64,000 nt of DNA from NCBI GenBank assembly GCA_003222675.1, contig QHWT01000062.1:1447-65446 (forward strand), in the 5' to 3' direction. Positions 47,275-56,264 of the stretch are shown here, piece after piece; within the stretch, counting starts at the first letter, position 1, and each line of letters begins with the position of its first letter. Source of the stretch: Acidobacteriota bacterium (GTDB lineage Bacteria; Acidobacteriota; Vicinamibacteria; Vicinamibacterales; 2-12-FULL-66-21). Under the pieces are notes generated by a model. The model was given only the letters and a program-made list of their open reading frames with translations, was not told where the DNA came from and made no database searches. Position numbers and translations under genes: made by a program.

Positions 47275-49036
47275 AAGTCATCTTGACCGCCACCGCGGTC
47301 ATGTCGTCGTTCGGCGGAGCGCCCGCGCGGAAGGTCTCGACCGACGCGAAGATGTTCGCAACCACCTCCCGCGGGGCCAGGTCGCGCGAGCGCTCCACGA
47401 CCTCCAGCACTCGCGCCGCCGTGAACTCCTGCCCGGCGGGATCCATCGCCTCGGACACGCCGTCACTGCAGAACACGAAGAGATCCCCCGCATGCAGCGC
47501 GTAGGCGAGCTCGTCGTAGGTGCTGCCCTGGAACGATCCCAATGGGACGCCGGGGAGCTCGATCTGCGATACGCCTTCGGCCGACGCGCGAACCGGGTAC
47601 GGCAAGCCCGAGTTGGCGAGCGTCACGACGCGCCGCTTGAGATCGAAGATCGCGTAGCACATCGTGCAGTAGTACTCTTCGAGCTGACGCTGATGAAGAA
47701 TCGTGTTGACCGAGGACAGCACGCTGGCGGGCGTCGAGCGATCCGGCAGGTAGCGGCGACGAAAGGTTCGGCCTCTTACCAGCTCCGCGGCGAAGACGCT
47801 GTACAGCGCGGCCGGCACGCCCTTTCCTGATACGTCTCCCACCGCCACGACGAGGGTGTTGGATTCCGGCGAGAGAAAATCGTGGAAGTCTCCTCCGAGC
47901 TCGCGTGCGGGGGCGAAGCTCGCCGCCACGTCGACCCCTTTCAACCGCTTCGGCAAGCCGACGGGAAGGAGCGCGGCCTGGACGCGTTGCGCGAAATGCA
48001 CTTCCTTCTCCAGACGGATCTCGTTGGCGCGCACCGTCTCGTACAGGCGCGCGTTTTCAATCGCCACCGCCGCCTGGCTGGCGAGAAGCGTGAGAATCTC
48101 GACATCACGCTTGGTGAAGGCTTCGAGCTCGGGGCTCTCGAGATCCAGGACGCCAATCAAGCGGTCCTTCAGCAGCATCGGGATCACGAGCTCGGATCGC
48201 ACGTCGGGCACCAGGCTGATGTAGCGCGGATCCTGCGAGACGTCGGGCACGAGCACCGCCTCTTTGTGCAGCGCCGCATAGCCCACGAGCCCTTCTCCCA
48301 GGCGCACGCGCGGCACTTCGACCTTCTCGCCGTACTGGACGGCAAACTGCATCTCCAGCTCGCCTCGCTCCTCGTTCAGCAGCAGGATGCCGAACGTGCG
48401 GTAGTCGATGACGCGCCGCATCAACTGTGCGATCCGCGCGAACAGCTCGTCGAGCTCGAGGATCGCCGCGACCTCGCGGCCGATCTCGGCGAGCGTCTCG
48501 AAGGCTTCTGCGTCCCTGCGGCTGCGTTCGAACAGCCGCGCATTGATGAGAGCAACCGCGACGTGCGCGCCGAACTGGCGCAGCAGTGCCATGTCCGACG
48601 GGGAAAACTGATCGCGCTTGTGACTGAGAATGTTCAGCGCGCCGATCGGCCGCGCCTTGTGCAGAAGCGGCACCACGAGTTCCGACGCCATGCCCGGCAC
48701 CATGTCGACGTAGCGCGGGTCCGACGTGACGTCGTTGACGAGGAGCGGCGCCTGGCTCGCAACGGCCGCTCCGACGAGCCCCTGATCGAGACGGACGCGC
48801 ATCGGTTCCGGTGGCGCGGGGTAGCCGACGGAATATGCGATGCGCAACTCGCTGCGGCGCTCGTCGAGCAAGTACACCGCGAACGCGTCGAATTGAATGA
48901 GCCGACCGATCAGCCTGGGGATTTGCGCGAGCAGTTCATCGAGCTCGAGTACCGATGTCACCTGCCGGCCGAGATCGAACAGGATGGTGAGGATCTCGTG
49001 CTCACGGGGCGTCGCTGGCGAACCGTTGATCATCAA
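47273..49036 (-). CDS. GAF-GAF-PP2C (SpoIIE-type) serine phosphatase
   Basis: Two GAF-like modules, then GGDFHDF, VGDVSGKG and FCSDGVSEA phosphatase blocks. Confidence 0.85.
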   Translation of the reverse strand: MMINGSPATPREHEILTILFDLGRQVTSVLELDELLAQIPRLIGRLIQFDAFAVYLLDERRSELRIAYSVGYPAPPEPMRVRLDQGLVGAAVASQAPLLVNDVTSDPRYVDMVPGMASELVVPLLHKARPIGALNILSHKRDQFSPSDMALLRQFGAHVAVALINARLFERSRRDAEAFETLAEIGREVAAILELDELFARIAQLMRRVIDYRTFGILLLNEERGELEMQFAVQYGEKVEVPRVRLGEGLVGYAALHKEAVLVPDVSQDPRYISLVPDVRSELVIPMLLKDRLIGVLDLESPELEAFTKRDVEILTLLASQAAVAIENARLYETVRANEIRLEKEVHFAQRVQAALLPVGLPKRLKGVDVAASFAPARELGGDFHDFLSPESNTLVVAVGDVSGKGVPAALYSVFAAELVRGRTFRRRYLPDRSTPASVLSSVNTILHQRQLEEYYCTMCYAIFDLKRRVVTLANSGLPYPVRASAEGVSQIELPGVPLGSFQGSTYDELAYALHAGDLFVFCSDGVSEAMDPAGQEFTAARVLEVVERSRDLAPREVVANIFASVETFRAGAPPNDDMTAVAVKMT

Positions 49037-49070
49037 TCTCTGCAGTCTTCGGGATTATACTTGCAAGTTC

Positions 49071-49523
49071 ATGGAGCCTCTGAAGCTTCCGCTCGATTAC
49101 GCGGCGATCGAGCGGATCCTGCCGCACCGTTATCCGTTTCTTCTCGTCGATCGCATCACCGAGTTCGAGCCCGATAAACGAATCGTCGGGATCAAGAACG
49201 TCACGCTGAACGAACGCTACCTCGCGCATCGCGATGGCGAACCACCGGCCTTGCCGGCGACGATCCTCACGGAAGCGGTCGCGCAGGTCGGCGCGATCAT
49301 GATTCTCGCGAAGCCGGAAAACCGCGAGCGGCTGATCTACTTCATGGGCATCGAGCGCGTGCGCTACCGACGTCCCGTGCACCCTGGCGACGTGGTCCTC
49401 ATCGAGGCGGTGGTCCGCCGGCTCAGAAGCCGCATGGGCGTCTTGCACGGCGTCGCTCGCGTCGGCGACAAGATTGCGGTCGAAGGCACGATGACGTTCG
49501 CGCTGGGGCCGGTGGTCGGTTAA
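49071..49523 (+). CDS. fabZ: 3-hydroxyacyl-ACP dehydratase FabZ
   Basis: ILPHRYPFLLVDRI signature. 150 aa hot-dog fold length. Confidence 0.9.
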   Translation: MEPLKLPLDYAAIERILPHRYPFLLVDRITEFEPDKRIVGIKNVTLNERYLAHRDGEPPALPATILTEAVAQVGAIMILAKPENRERLIYFMGIERVRYRRPVHPGDVVLIEAVVRRLRSRMGVLHGVARVGDKIAVEGTMTFALGPVVG

Positions 49524-49640
49524 GGGTTGCCGGTTGCCGGCAAAATCGGAAACTGCTAACCGGCAACTGGAGACTGGCAACTGGCAACCGACCTCCGTCA
49601 AGGGTCCTCCGACAACCGACCGCGACAACCGTCCTCGGAG
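49524..49640. repeat. simple-repeat inverted spacer
   Basis: GTTGCCGGTTGCCGG, then CCGGCAACTGG / CTGGCAACTGGCAACC, then CCGACAACCGACCGCGACAACCG. It lies between convergent ends. Confidence 0.8.
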
Positions 49641-49645
49641 AACTG

Positions 49646-50299
49646 TTATCTCGCGCGCGCGACGAGCAGCACCATTCCCACCTTCACCCCGCGTGATCCC
49701 CACGTCGCCCATTTCGCGTCAGGGTGAAAGTAGCGAATGGCATCGAGCAGCGCGGGCGCGAGTATCAGGGCGCCAATCGCGGGTTCTTTCCATTTCAGCG
49801 AATCGGCCATGCCGCGTGTGTCGCGTTCGACTGGCCCCGTCCGCGCGAATGCCGCGCCTGAGTACGCGGCAGACGCGAGCACGTTGAACGCGACGAGGCC
49901 CTTCAGCAGCGGCGCCCGTTCGTGACCGAGGTTGGGCCGGCGGGTCAGGATGATCTCGTTGCCAAGCTGCTGCACCCAGAAGCCCGCTGAATCGATGACG
50001 AATTCCTGGCTTCGGGGCAGTCCGGTGTCGTGCGTAATTGCGAAAAAGGGAAAGCCGTGGAACGACACCTTCCTAATTCCGGGGTTTGCCCGGAACAGCG
50101 CGTCGAACAGCAGGTGACCGCTCTCGTGGGCCGCCAGCCCGATTGCACCGCCTGCCAGGAAACTGCCCAGCGAGGAAACGGGATGCTCACTCGGAGTCGT
50201 GGACGGCGAGCCCGGCATCTCGGGCGGGGTCTGCGCGCCGGCGGACGAAACCAGGCCAAATACCAGCAGGACAACGAGTACGACGCGCGGGACACGCAC
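49646..50299 (-). CDS. hypothetical secreted/membrane protein with HExxH motif
   Basis: GTG 50299 gives VRVPRVVLVVLLVFGLVSSAGAQ (signal-like). AHESGH motif. The family is not recognised. Confidence 0.5.
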   Translation of the reverse strand: MRVPRVVLVVLLVFGLVSSAGAQTPPEMPGSPSTTPSEHPVSSLGSFLAGGAIGLAAHESGHLLFDALFRANPGIRKVSFHGFPFFAITHDTGLPRSQEFVIDSAGFWVQQLGNEIILTRRPNLGHERAPLLKGLVAFNVLASAAYSGAAFARTGPVERDTRGMADSLKWKEPAIGALILAPALLDAIRYFHPDAKWATWGSRGVKVGMVLLVARAR

Positions 50300-50310
50300 C
50301 TCGGTCGCCG

Positions 50311-50326
50311 TGGCACAGCCGTTGCT
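50311..50326 (+). promoter_or_regulatory. sigma-54-type promoter (-24/-12)
   Basis: TGGCAC-AGCCG-TTGCT matches TGGCAC-N5-TTGCW exactly. It lies 51 nt upstream of ATG 50376, with AAGGAG in between. Confidence 0.65.
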
Positions 50327-50375
50327 CAAGGGCCCCCAGGTTGCGCCACGGCAGAGGGCGCGAAGGAGAACACCG

Positions 50376-50522
50376 ATGCTCGAAACGATTGCGATCATCC
50401 TGATCATTCTCTGGCTGCTCGGGATGGTCAGCGGGTACACTCTCGGCAACTTCATCTACATCCTGCTGGTCATCGCCATCGTGCTGTTCCTGGTGCGACT
50501 GATCAGCGGACGCCGGGTTTGA
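50376..50522 (+). CDS. lmo0937-family small membrane protein (48 aa)
   Basis: MLETIAIILIILWLLGMVSGYTLGNFIYILLVIAIVLFLVRLISGRRV. Two TM helices and a family-typical sequence. AAGGAG lies 8 nt upstream. Confidence 0.7.
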   Translation: MLETIAIILIILWLLGMVSGYTLGNFIYILLVIAIVLFLVRLISGRRV

Positions 50523-51117
50523 GGAAGGCGCGCCTGAGGCGGGGGTGGAAGGCAGTGAATTCTCCCTCGCCCTCGTCGTCGGCCACGTGCCGGCGGACCT
50601 GATCGATTTTTGCGTCGAGGTCGTCGGCGGCCGAGAGGATCAGCGCTTCGATCGTCATCGGTTCGACGGGCGAGCCGAGTTGTCGCGATCCGTGGTGTGA
50701 CACGATCAAATGTTCCAGCCGCGCGCGGAGATCCTCGGGAAAGCCGTCAAGGCGCGTGGTTGATTCCCTGACGATCAGCACCCCGAGCGTGACGTGACCG
50801 ATCAGGTTTCCGTCACGGGAATACGCTGTCGACTCTCCCGTCGTCAGTTCATCGAGCTTCGCGATGTCGTGCAGCACGGCGCCCGCGAAGAGCAGGTCTC
50901 GATCGACGCCATACGCCGCCGCCAGCGCCTCGCACGTCTCCCCCACCTTCAGAATGTGATCGAGCAGGCCGCCCGGATAGGCGTGGTGGACCGTCACTGC
51001 GGCCGGCCAGATGCGCAGCTTCGCTTCGCGCGGCAGCAGGATGTCGCTGAGCAGCTGCGCGATCCACGGATTTTCAACGCGAGCCAGACGCGCCTGCAGC
51101 TCGGACCACGCGTCCAT
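50503..51117 (-). CDS. HD-domain phosphohydrolase (YhaM C-terminal-like)
   Basis: HHAYPGGLLDH, VLHDIAK and SHHG motifs. Confidence 0.7.
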   Translation of the reverse strand: MDAWSELQARLARVENPWIAQLLSDILLPREAKLRIWPAAVTVHHAYPGGLLDHILKVGETCEALAAAYGVDRDLLFAGAVLHDIAKLDELTTGESTAYSRDGNLIGHVTLGVLIVRESTTRLDGFPEDLRARLEHLIVSHHGSRQLGSPVEPMTIEALILSAADDLDAKIDQVRRHVADDEGEGEFTAFHPRLRRAFLKPGVR

Positions 51118-52060
51118 CAACGGTCTCCCCTTCTGGTGTTTTGTCCTTGTCGGGCTCATCGGACTTGCCGGAGCGGCGTACGATAGCGACGCCGGCGAGC
51201 ACCAGCGCCGCGGCGAGCGCCATCCGCGAATCGAACGGTTCCCCCATCAACGTGACGCCCAGCGCGACGGCGATCACCGGGTTGACGTACGCATACAACG
51301 AGACCAGCGATACCGGAAGGTGGCGCAGCGCATACGTGTACGCCACGAAACCTCCAAGCGCGCCGATTGTCGAAAGATAGGCCAGGGCCCCGGCGGTGCG
51401 CGTTGAGAAATGGAGCCCGCGCCACTCTCCCTGGAGTGTGCCCAGCGCAAGCATCATCACGCCACCGGCCAGCATCTGGGCCGCAGTGATCATGAAAATA
51501 TTCTCGGCCCGCGCATGACGCCGTGAGTATGACGAACCCATGGACCAGCCGAGACAGGCGATCTGCAGCGCGATGACACCGGCAATGAATCCACGGCCGG
51601 TGGCGGTGCCGCTCGTCAGATCGGGCCAGACGAGCAGCAGGATGCCGCAGAACCCGACGGCAAGACCGACGATCGTCCGCAGCGTGAGCTTCTCACCGTC
51701 GGCCAGGAACGCTTCGATGCCTGCCATCCAGAACGGCGACGCCGCCACGATCACTGCGGCGAGACCGCTTGGCACATATTGTTCCGCCCACACGACGCCG
51801 CCGTTGCCGAGCACGAGCAGCGTGACGCCGAGAAACGCGATACCGCTCCACGCCCGCGCCGATGGAGGACGCTCGCCGCGTATGAGAAGGCCGCCGCCGA
51901 GAATCGTCCCGGCGATGATCCATCGCATGCCGCTCATCAGCCACGGCGGAATCGTTTCGAGCGTGATGCGGATGCCGAGATACGTGGTACCCCAGATCAG
52001 ACACACGGCGATCCACGCGAGATACGCTAGGCGCCGTTCGCGGGGCCCGCTATTTGCCAT
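51074..52060 (-). CDS. EamA/DMT-family transporter
   Basis: 10 TM segments in two EamA halves. Start MANSGPRERRLAYLAWIAVCLIWGTTY. Confidence 0.8.
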   Translation of the reverse strand: MANSGPRERRLAYLAWIAVCLIWGTTYLGIRITLETIPPWLMSGMRWIIAGTILGGGLLIRGERPPSARAWSGIAFLGVTLLVLGNGGVVWAEQYVPSGLAAVIVAASPFWMAGIEAFLADGEKLTLRTIVGLAVGFCGILLLVWPDLTSGTATGRGFIAGVIALQIACLGWSMGSSYSRRHARAENIFMITAAQMLAGGVMMLALGTLQGEWRGLHFSTRTAGALAYLSTIGALGGFVAYTYALRHLPVSLVSLYAYVNPVIAVALGVTLMGEPFDSRMALAAALVLAGVAIVRRSGKSDEPDKDKTPEGETVDGRVVRAAGASGSR

Positions 52061-52856
52061 CGAGAAATCCGAAGGTCCCGCGTCCAAGCCACGCGCCGCC
52101 ATCGATCGTGAGGATTTCGCCTGTGATGAAGCCGGCGTGCGCGGACACAAGGAACGCGAGGGTATCGGCGACTTCCTCGGGCTTCCCCCAGCGGCGGAGA
52201 GGAACCATGTTCGTGATGCGTTCGACGGCCTCGTCCGTGTCCCAGAGCTGCTTCGCGGCGCCGGGGGATTCAATCGGGCCGGGTGCAATCGCGTTCACGC
52301 GGATGCCATGCGATGCCCACTCGACGGCGAGCGTCTGCGTCATCGACATCACGCCTGCTTTAGCCGCCGCGGAATGCACGGTGCCCGCGCTTCCCGTCCA
52401 GACGTAGTTCGCGAGAATCGACACGATCGATCCGCCGCGCTTGCGCGCGATCATGTACTGCCCAACGGCGCGCGAGCAGTAGAAGCTGCCGTTCAGGACG
52501 ATGCCGATGACGGCGTCCCAGCCGTTTGGCGAGAGCTCCTCGGCGCGGGAGATGAAGTTGCCCGCTGCATTGTTGACGAGAATGTCCAGGCTGCCGAAGT
52601 GCTTCACCGTTCGAAGCACCATTTCGTCCACCTGCTCCGGCTTGCGCACGTCGAGCTGCACGGCGAGCGCATCGATGCCGGACTCGCGCAGCGAGTGCCA
52701 CCCGTGCTCCAGATTTTCTGATTGGCGGCTGGCGATGACGATGCGCGCGCCGAGGGTGCCGAGCCGTCGGGCGATCGCGAGGCCGATGCCGGTTCCACCG
52801 CCGGTAATGACGGCCACCTGGTCTTTCAGCAGTTCCGCAGCGAACATGAACCCCAA
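52050..52856 (-). CDS. SDR-family oxidoreductase (dienoyl-CoA-reductase-like)
   Basis: VITGGGTGIG Rossmann motif and NNAAGNF block. Confidence 0.8.
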   Translation of the reverse strand: MGFMFAAELLKDQVAVITGGGTGIGLAIARRLGTLGARIVIASRQSENLEHGWHSLRESGIDALAVQLDVRKPEQVDEMVLRTVKHFGSLDILVNNAAGNFISRAEELSPNGWDAVIGIVLNGSFYCSRAVGQYMIARKRGGSIVSILANYVWTGSAGTVHSAAAKAGVMSMTQTLAVEWASHGIRVNAIAPGPIESPGAAKQLWDTDEAVERITNMVPLRRWGKPEEVADTLAFLVSAHAGFITGEILTIDGGAWLGRGTFGFLDGK

Positions 52857-52878
52857 TTATCAGTGTTAAGATTGGCGC

Positions 52879-53478
52879 ATGTCGAGCGGACGCACATCGC
52901 ACGCGTGCTCAATCGTGCTGGCACTCGCGCTCGGCGTGGCAGCGTGCGATTCGAGTTCGTCAGACACGCCGTCGATCGAAAAGCAGGCGCCTCCACCGGC
53001 GGCCGCCCCGCCCCTCGCGCCTCCTGCAGCCGCGTCCCACGAGGGTGCGGTTATGCCTGCTGCAGCCGCGAATCAGTGGGAGACGCGCGCGCCGCAGCTG
53101 GGCGACGCCGACATTCCACCGCTGCCGACGGTGCCGTTCGCTGCCGCACGCCCGATGGAGGTCGTGCGCGCCGTGTACGTCTTTGCGGCAAAACATCCCG
53201 AGGTGCTCAGTCACGTGCCGTGCTTCTGCGGCTGCGAGAACCGCGGCCACAAGCACAACGACGACTGTTTCGTCACCGAACGCGACGCGAAGGGGCGCCC
53301 GACCAAATGGGAGCCACACGGTATTGGTTGAGGTGTGTGCCTTGACGTCGCGCGTGACGCGATGCAGATGTATTCGTCGGGCGCGGATGTCGCGTCGATC
53401 CGCTCCGCCGTCGAAGCCAAGTACCGCGCGTCCTTCCCGACAATGACCCCGACGCCTCCGGTTCCACGCGCCAAATGA
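52879..53478 (+). CDS. PCYCGC-motif lipoprotein, candidate selenoprotein (UGA 53329-53331 read as Sec)
   Basis: Lipobox LGVAAC and a PCFCGC motif. The conservative model ends at TGA 53331. The same frame stays open for 48 more codons (G-U-G-V-C-L-D-V-A..) and ends in an ATGA overlap with the next gene. See findings. Confidence 0.55.
53346..53364 (+). other. SECIS-like hairpin downstream of the in-frame UGA
   Basis: CGUCGCG-CGUGA-CGCGAUG forms a 7-bp stem including one G-U pair. The stem begins 15 nt after the UGA and the loop begins 22 nt after it. G is at loop position 2. Confidence 0.4.
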
Positions 53479-54992
53479 GCACCGCGACGGCCGACGCGTT
53501 TGCGCGGTTGTTCGAAGCAGTTCACGAAGGCGTCTACATCGGGACGATCGAAGGTCCCGGCACGGCGACGGTCTCGGCCAATCCCTATCTCAAATTGATG
53601 TTCGGCTTCGCGGCGGACACGCCGCAGGACGAAGTCCGGCCGTTCGAGCCGGAGCGATTCGTCGATCCGCAGGCGCGCGACGGGTTCGTGCAGCGTCTCG
53701 AGCGCGACGGGGCCGTCACCGACTACTTGATGCGGCTGCGCCGCGCCGACCGTGTGGCTATCTGGATCGAGGTCACCGCGCACGCGGAGAGGCAGCACGA
53801 AGGGAGCCTGCGCGTCGAAGCACTGATGCGCGATGTCAGCGAGCGCAAGCGGCTCGAGGACCAGGCGCGCGATCTGTACAATCAACTGCTGCAGGCGGAG
53901 AAGCTTGCCGCGCTCGGCCAGACGATCTCCGGCGTTGCGCACGAGTTGAACAATCCGCTCGCGACGATTCTCACGTGGGCTGAGCGGCTGTCGCAGCGTG
54001 ACGTCGACGATCAGACGAAGCGGGGCCTCGAAACCATCCTCAGCGAGTCGGAGCGCGCGGCGAAGATCGTGCGGAACCTGCTCACCTTCGCACGCAAGCG
54101 TCACACGACGCGCGCGATGGTGGATCTCAATCAGGTCGTACGCGAGACGCTCGCCTTGCGCTCCTACGAGCAGCGGCTGAGCAACATCAACATCCTGGAA
54201 GCATTGCCGGCGGGACTCCCCCTCGTGTTCGCTGATCCTCACCAGGTGCAGCAGGTGCTCCTCAACCTGATTATCAACGCGGAGCAGGCGATGCTCAGCG
54301 CGCATGGCCGCGGCACGTTGATCCTCCGCACGTGGCACGACCTCGACGTGGATGCCGTGGTCCTCGAGGTGAACGACGATGGGCCGGGTGTGCCGGAGGA
54401 AGTGCAGCCGCGTATCTTCGATCCGTTCTTTACGACCAAGGAGGTCGGCAAGGGGACCGGGCTAGGACTCACCGTCGTGTATGCGATCGTGCAGGAGCAT
54501 GGCGGCCGCATCAGCGTGAAATCGGAACCGGACTGCGGGGCGTCGTTTTACGTCGCGTTTCCCGTCGGCGACAGTCCCGTGAAGCCGGCGCTTCCACGTC
54601 CGCCTGACAGGGGCAGCGACGCGGCCGCCGGATCGGTCGTCCTCGTCGTGGAAGACGAAGCTGCGCTCGGCGCCGCGGTCGCGGAGTCTCTCGCCGATGC
54701 CGGGCTCGTTGTCGATCGCGCGGGCGACGGCGAAGAAGCGATCGAGCGCGTCAAGGGACGCGCCTACGATTTGATCATCTGCGATCTGAAGATGCCGCGC
54801 GTGGACGGCATGGCGTTCTATCGAATGCTGGAACGCGACGCGCCGGACATGGCGCGGCGCATCCTGTTTGTCACCGGCGATGTTGCCGGCACCGAAGCCG
54901 AGCGGTTCCTGGAGAACACAGGATGCCGCTGGCTGGCCAAGCCGTTCCGCCTCAAAGATCTGCTGAGAACAGCACGCGATATGTTGACCTAA
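53475..54992 (+). CDS. hybrid sensor histidine kinase (PAS - HisKA - HATPase - receiver)
   Basis: H-box AHELNNPL, N-box NLIINAEQA, G1 DDGPGV, G2 GTGLGL. C-terminal receiver VLVVEDE..DLIICDLKMP. Confidence 0.85.
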   Translation: MSTATADAFARLFEAVHEGVYIGTIEGPGTATVSANPYLKLMFGFAADTPQDEVRPFEPERFVDPQARDGFVQRLERDGAVTDYLMRLRRADRVAIWIEVTAHAERQHEGSLRVEALMRDVSERKRLEDQARDLYNQLLQAEKLAALGQTISGVAHELNNPLATILTWAERLSQRDVDDQTKRGLETILSESERAAKIVRNLLTFARKRHTTRAMVDLNQVVRETLALRSYEQRLSNINILEALPAGLPLVFADPHQVQQVLLNLIINAEQAMLSAHGRGTLILRTWHDLDVDAVVLEVNDDGPGVPEEVQPRIFDPFFTTKEVGKGTGLGLTVVYAIVQEHGGRISVKSEPDCGASFYVAFPVGDSPVKPALPRPPDRGSDAAAGSVVLVVEDEAALGAAVAESLADAGLVVDRAGDGEEAIERVKGRAYDLIICDLKMPRVDGMAFYRMLERDAPDMARRILFVTGDVAGTEAERFLENTGCRWLAKPFRLKDLLRTARDMLT

Positions 54993-55001
54993 GGCTCATG
55001 G

Positions 55002-55066
55002 CGCCGGGTCTAAAGACCCGGCCTACCATGCACAGCACTTGTAGGGCGGACCTTCAGGTCCGTCGT
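55002..55066. repeat. REP-like palindromic element (copy 2)
   Basis: GCGCCGGGTCTAAAGACCCGGCCTAC..TGTAGGGCGGACCTTCAGGTCCGTCG. It aligns with the reverse complement of 14573-14623. Confidence 0.8.
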
Positions 55067-55081
55067 CATGAGCCATGAGCC

Positions 55082-56008
55082 TTATCGCGCGGCCGCCACC
55101 TGCGCACCGGCCGCGAACCGCCGTTTCGGCATCGGCTTCACCGCCGCGGGTTTGTATGGGAGCACGACCGCCGGAACATCCGTCCGCACAGTGGCTCCCC
55201 CGGCCTCACGGGCCGATTTCGTCATGTTCAAACGCTTGATCGTCTGCTGGAATGAAAGGATCGCCGGCCGCAGAGCGCGCGCCGCGTCCTCGGCCGAGCC
55301 ATCCGCGCCCAGCGTGTTTCGCAGGCGCTGGATGGCGCGGGCATGGAGCTGCGAGACACGCGATTCGTTGACGCCGATCTCCGCGCCGATTTGTTTCATT
55401 GTCGCCTCGCCGTAGTAGTAGAGCGCGATGACCTTGCGCTCGCGCGGCGGCAGCGACGCGATGGCCGCGCGAATGCGATCGCGGACCTCCCGTTCCTCAT
55501 ATGCGCGATCGGGCGGCGGCGGCTCCGACGGCACGAGTGCAGCGGGCAGCGTCGAACCATCGAGGTTCTCGCCTGCCGAGAGGGGCGACGTGGATTCGAT
55601 GGTGTTGATGCGGACGATCGTTCGACCCAGGCGTGCCTCGTCTGAGCCGACGCGCGCGGCAAGGTCCGCGAGTGAGGGCTCGGCGCCAAGCTCACGGCGC
55701 AACTCTTCGCGCGCTGTCTCGAGCTCGCGCCGCTGCCGGCGCACGCCGCGCGGCCAGGCGTCGCGGCGGAGCGCATCGATCATGGCGCCGCGCACGCGGC
55801 GCTCGGCAAATGTCTCGAACTTGATGCCGCGCGCCTCGTCGTAGCGATACGCCGCGTCGATGAGGCCAAGCATCCCGTCCTGTACGAGATCCCCGAGCTC
55901 GATGGAGTGAGGCATCGACGAGGCGACTCGTCGCGCGAGCGATTCGACGAACGGTAGGCCGGCCGCAATTCGTTCACGCTGGCGGGCGACGAGGGGCTGA
56001 CGGTGCAT
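55082..56008 (-). CDS. FliA/WhiG-type (group 3) sigma-70-family sigma factor with about 75-aa C-terminal extension
   Basis: Region 2 is DLVQDGMLGLIDAAYRYDEARGIKFETFAERRVRGAMIDALR. Region 4 is ATMKQIGAEIGVNESRVSQLHARAIQRLR. AAGGAG lies 9 nt upstream of ATG 56008. Confidence 0.8.
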   Translation of the reverse strand: MHRQPLVARQRERIAAGLPFVESLARRVASSMPHSIELGDLVQDGMLGLIDAAYRYDEARGIKFETFAERRVRGAMIDALRRDAWPRGVRRQRRELETAREELRRELGAEPSLADLAARVGSDEARLGRTIVRINTIESTSPLSAGENLDGSTLPAALVPSEPPPPDRAYEEREVRDRIRAAIASLPPRERKVIALYYYGEATMKQIGAEIGVNESRVSQLHARAIQRLRNTLGADGSAEDAARALRPAILSFQQTIKRLNMTKSAREAGGATVRTDVPAVVLPYKPAAVKPMPKRRFAAGAQVAAAR

Positions 56009-56061
56009 GCCTGGGGTCTCCTTGGGTAGCTCGCCGTTATCGGCGACGACGCTGGCCAAGG

Positions 56062-56076
56062 GCAACGGTGATACCA
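56062..56076 (-). promoter_or_regulatory. sigma-54-type promoter candidate upstream of the sigma-factor gene
   Basis: The minus strand reads TGGTAT-CACCG-TTGC, with correct GG-N10-GC spacing. The -12 GC is 54 nt upstream of the ATG. Confidence 0.5.
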
Positions 56077-56264
56077 CGTCAAAAACGAACAAACAGCGAA
56101 CCGCAGCCGCCGCGCGATGCAGCCTCCTAAGTCCCTGATGTCGAACTAGTTAATTCCGTGTTGCGGCATGCAGGGTCGTAAAGGCGAGCGCATATTTCAG
56201 TTAGGCGCCGTCAATTTGTTGACGGCCCGAGGACCATCGTGACGGATCATTGACAGACATGGGC

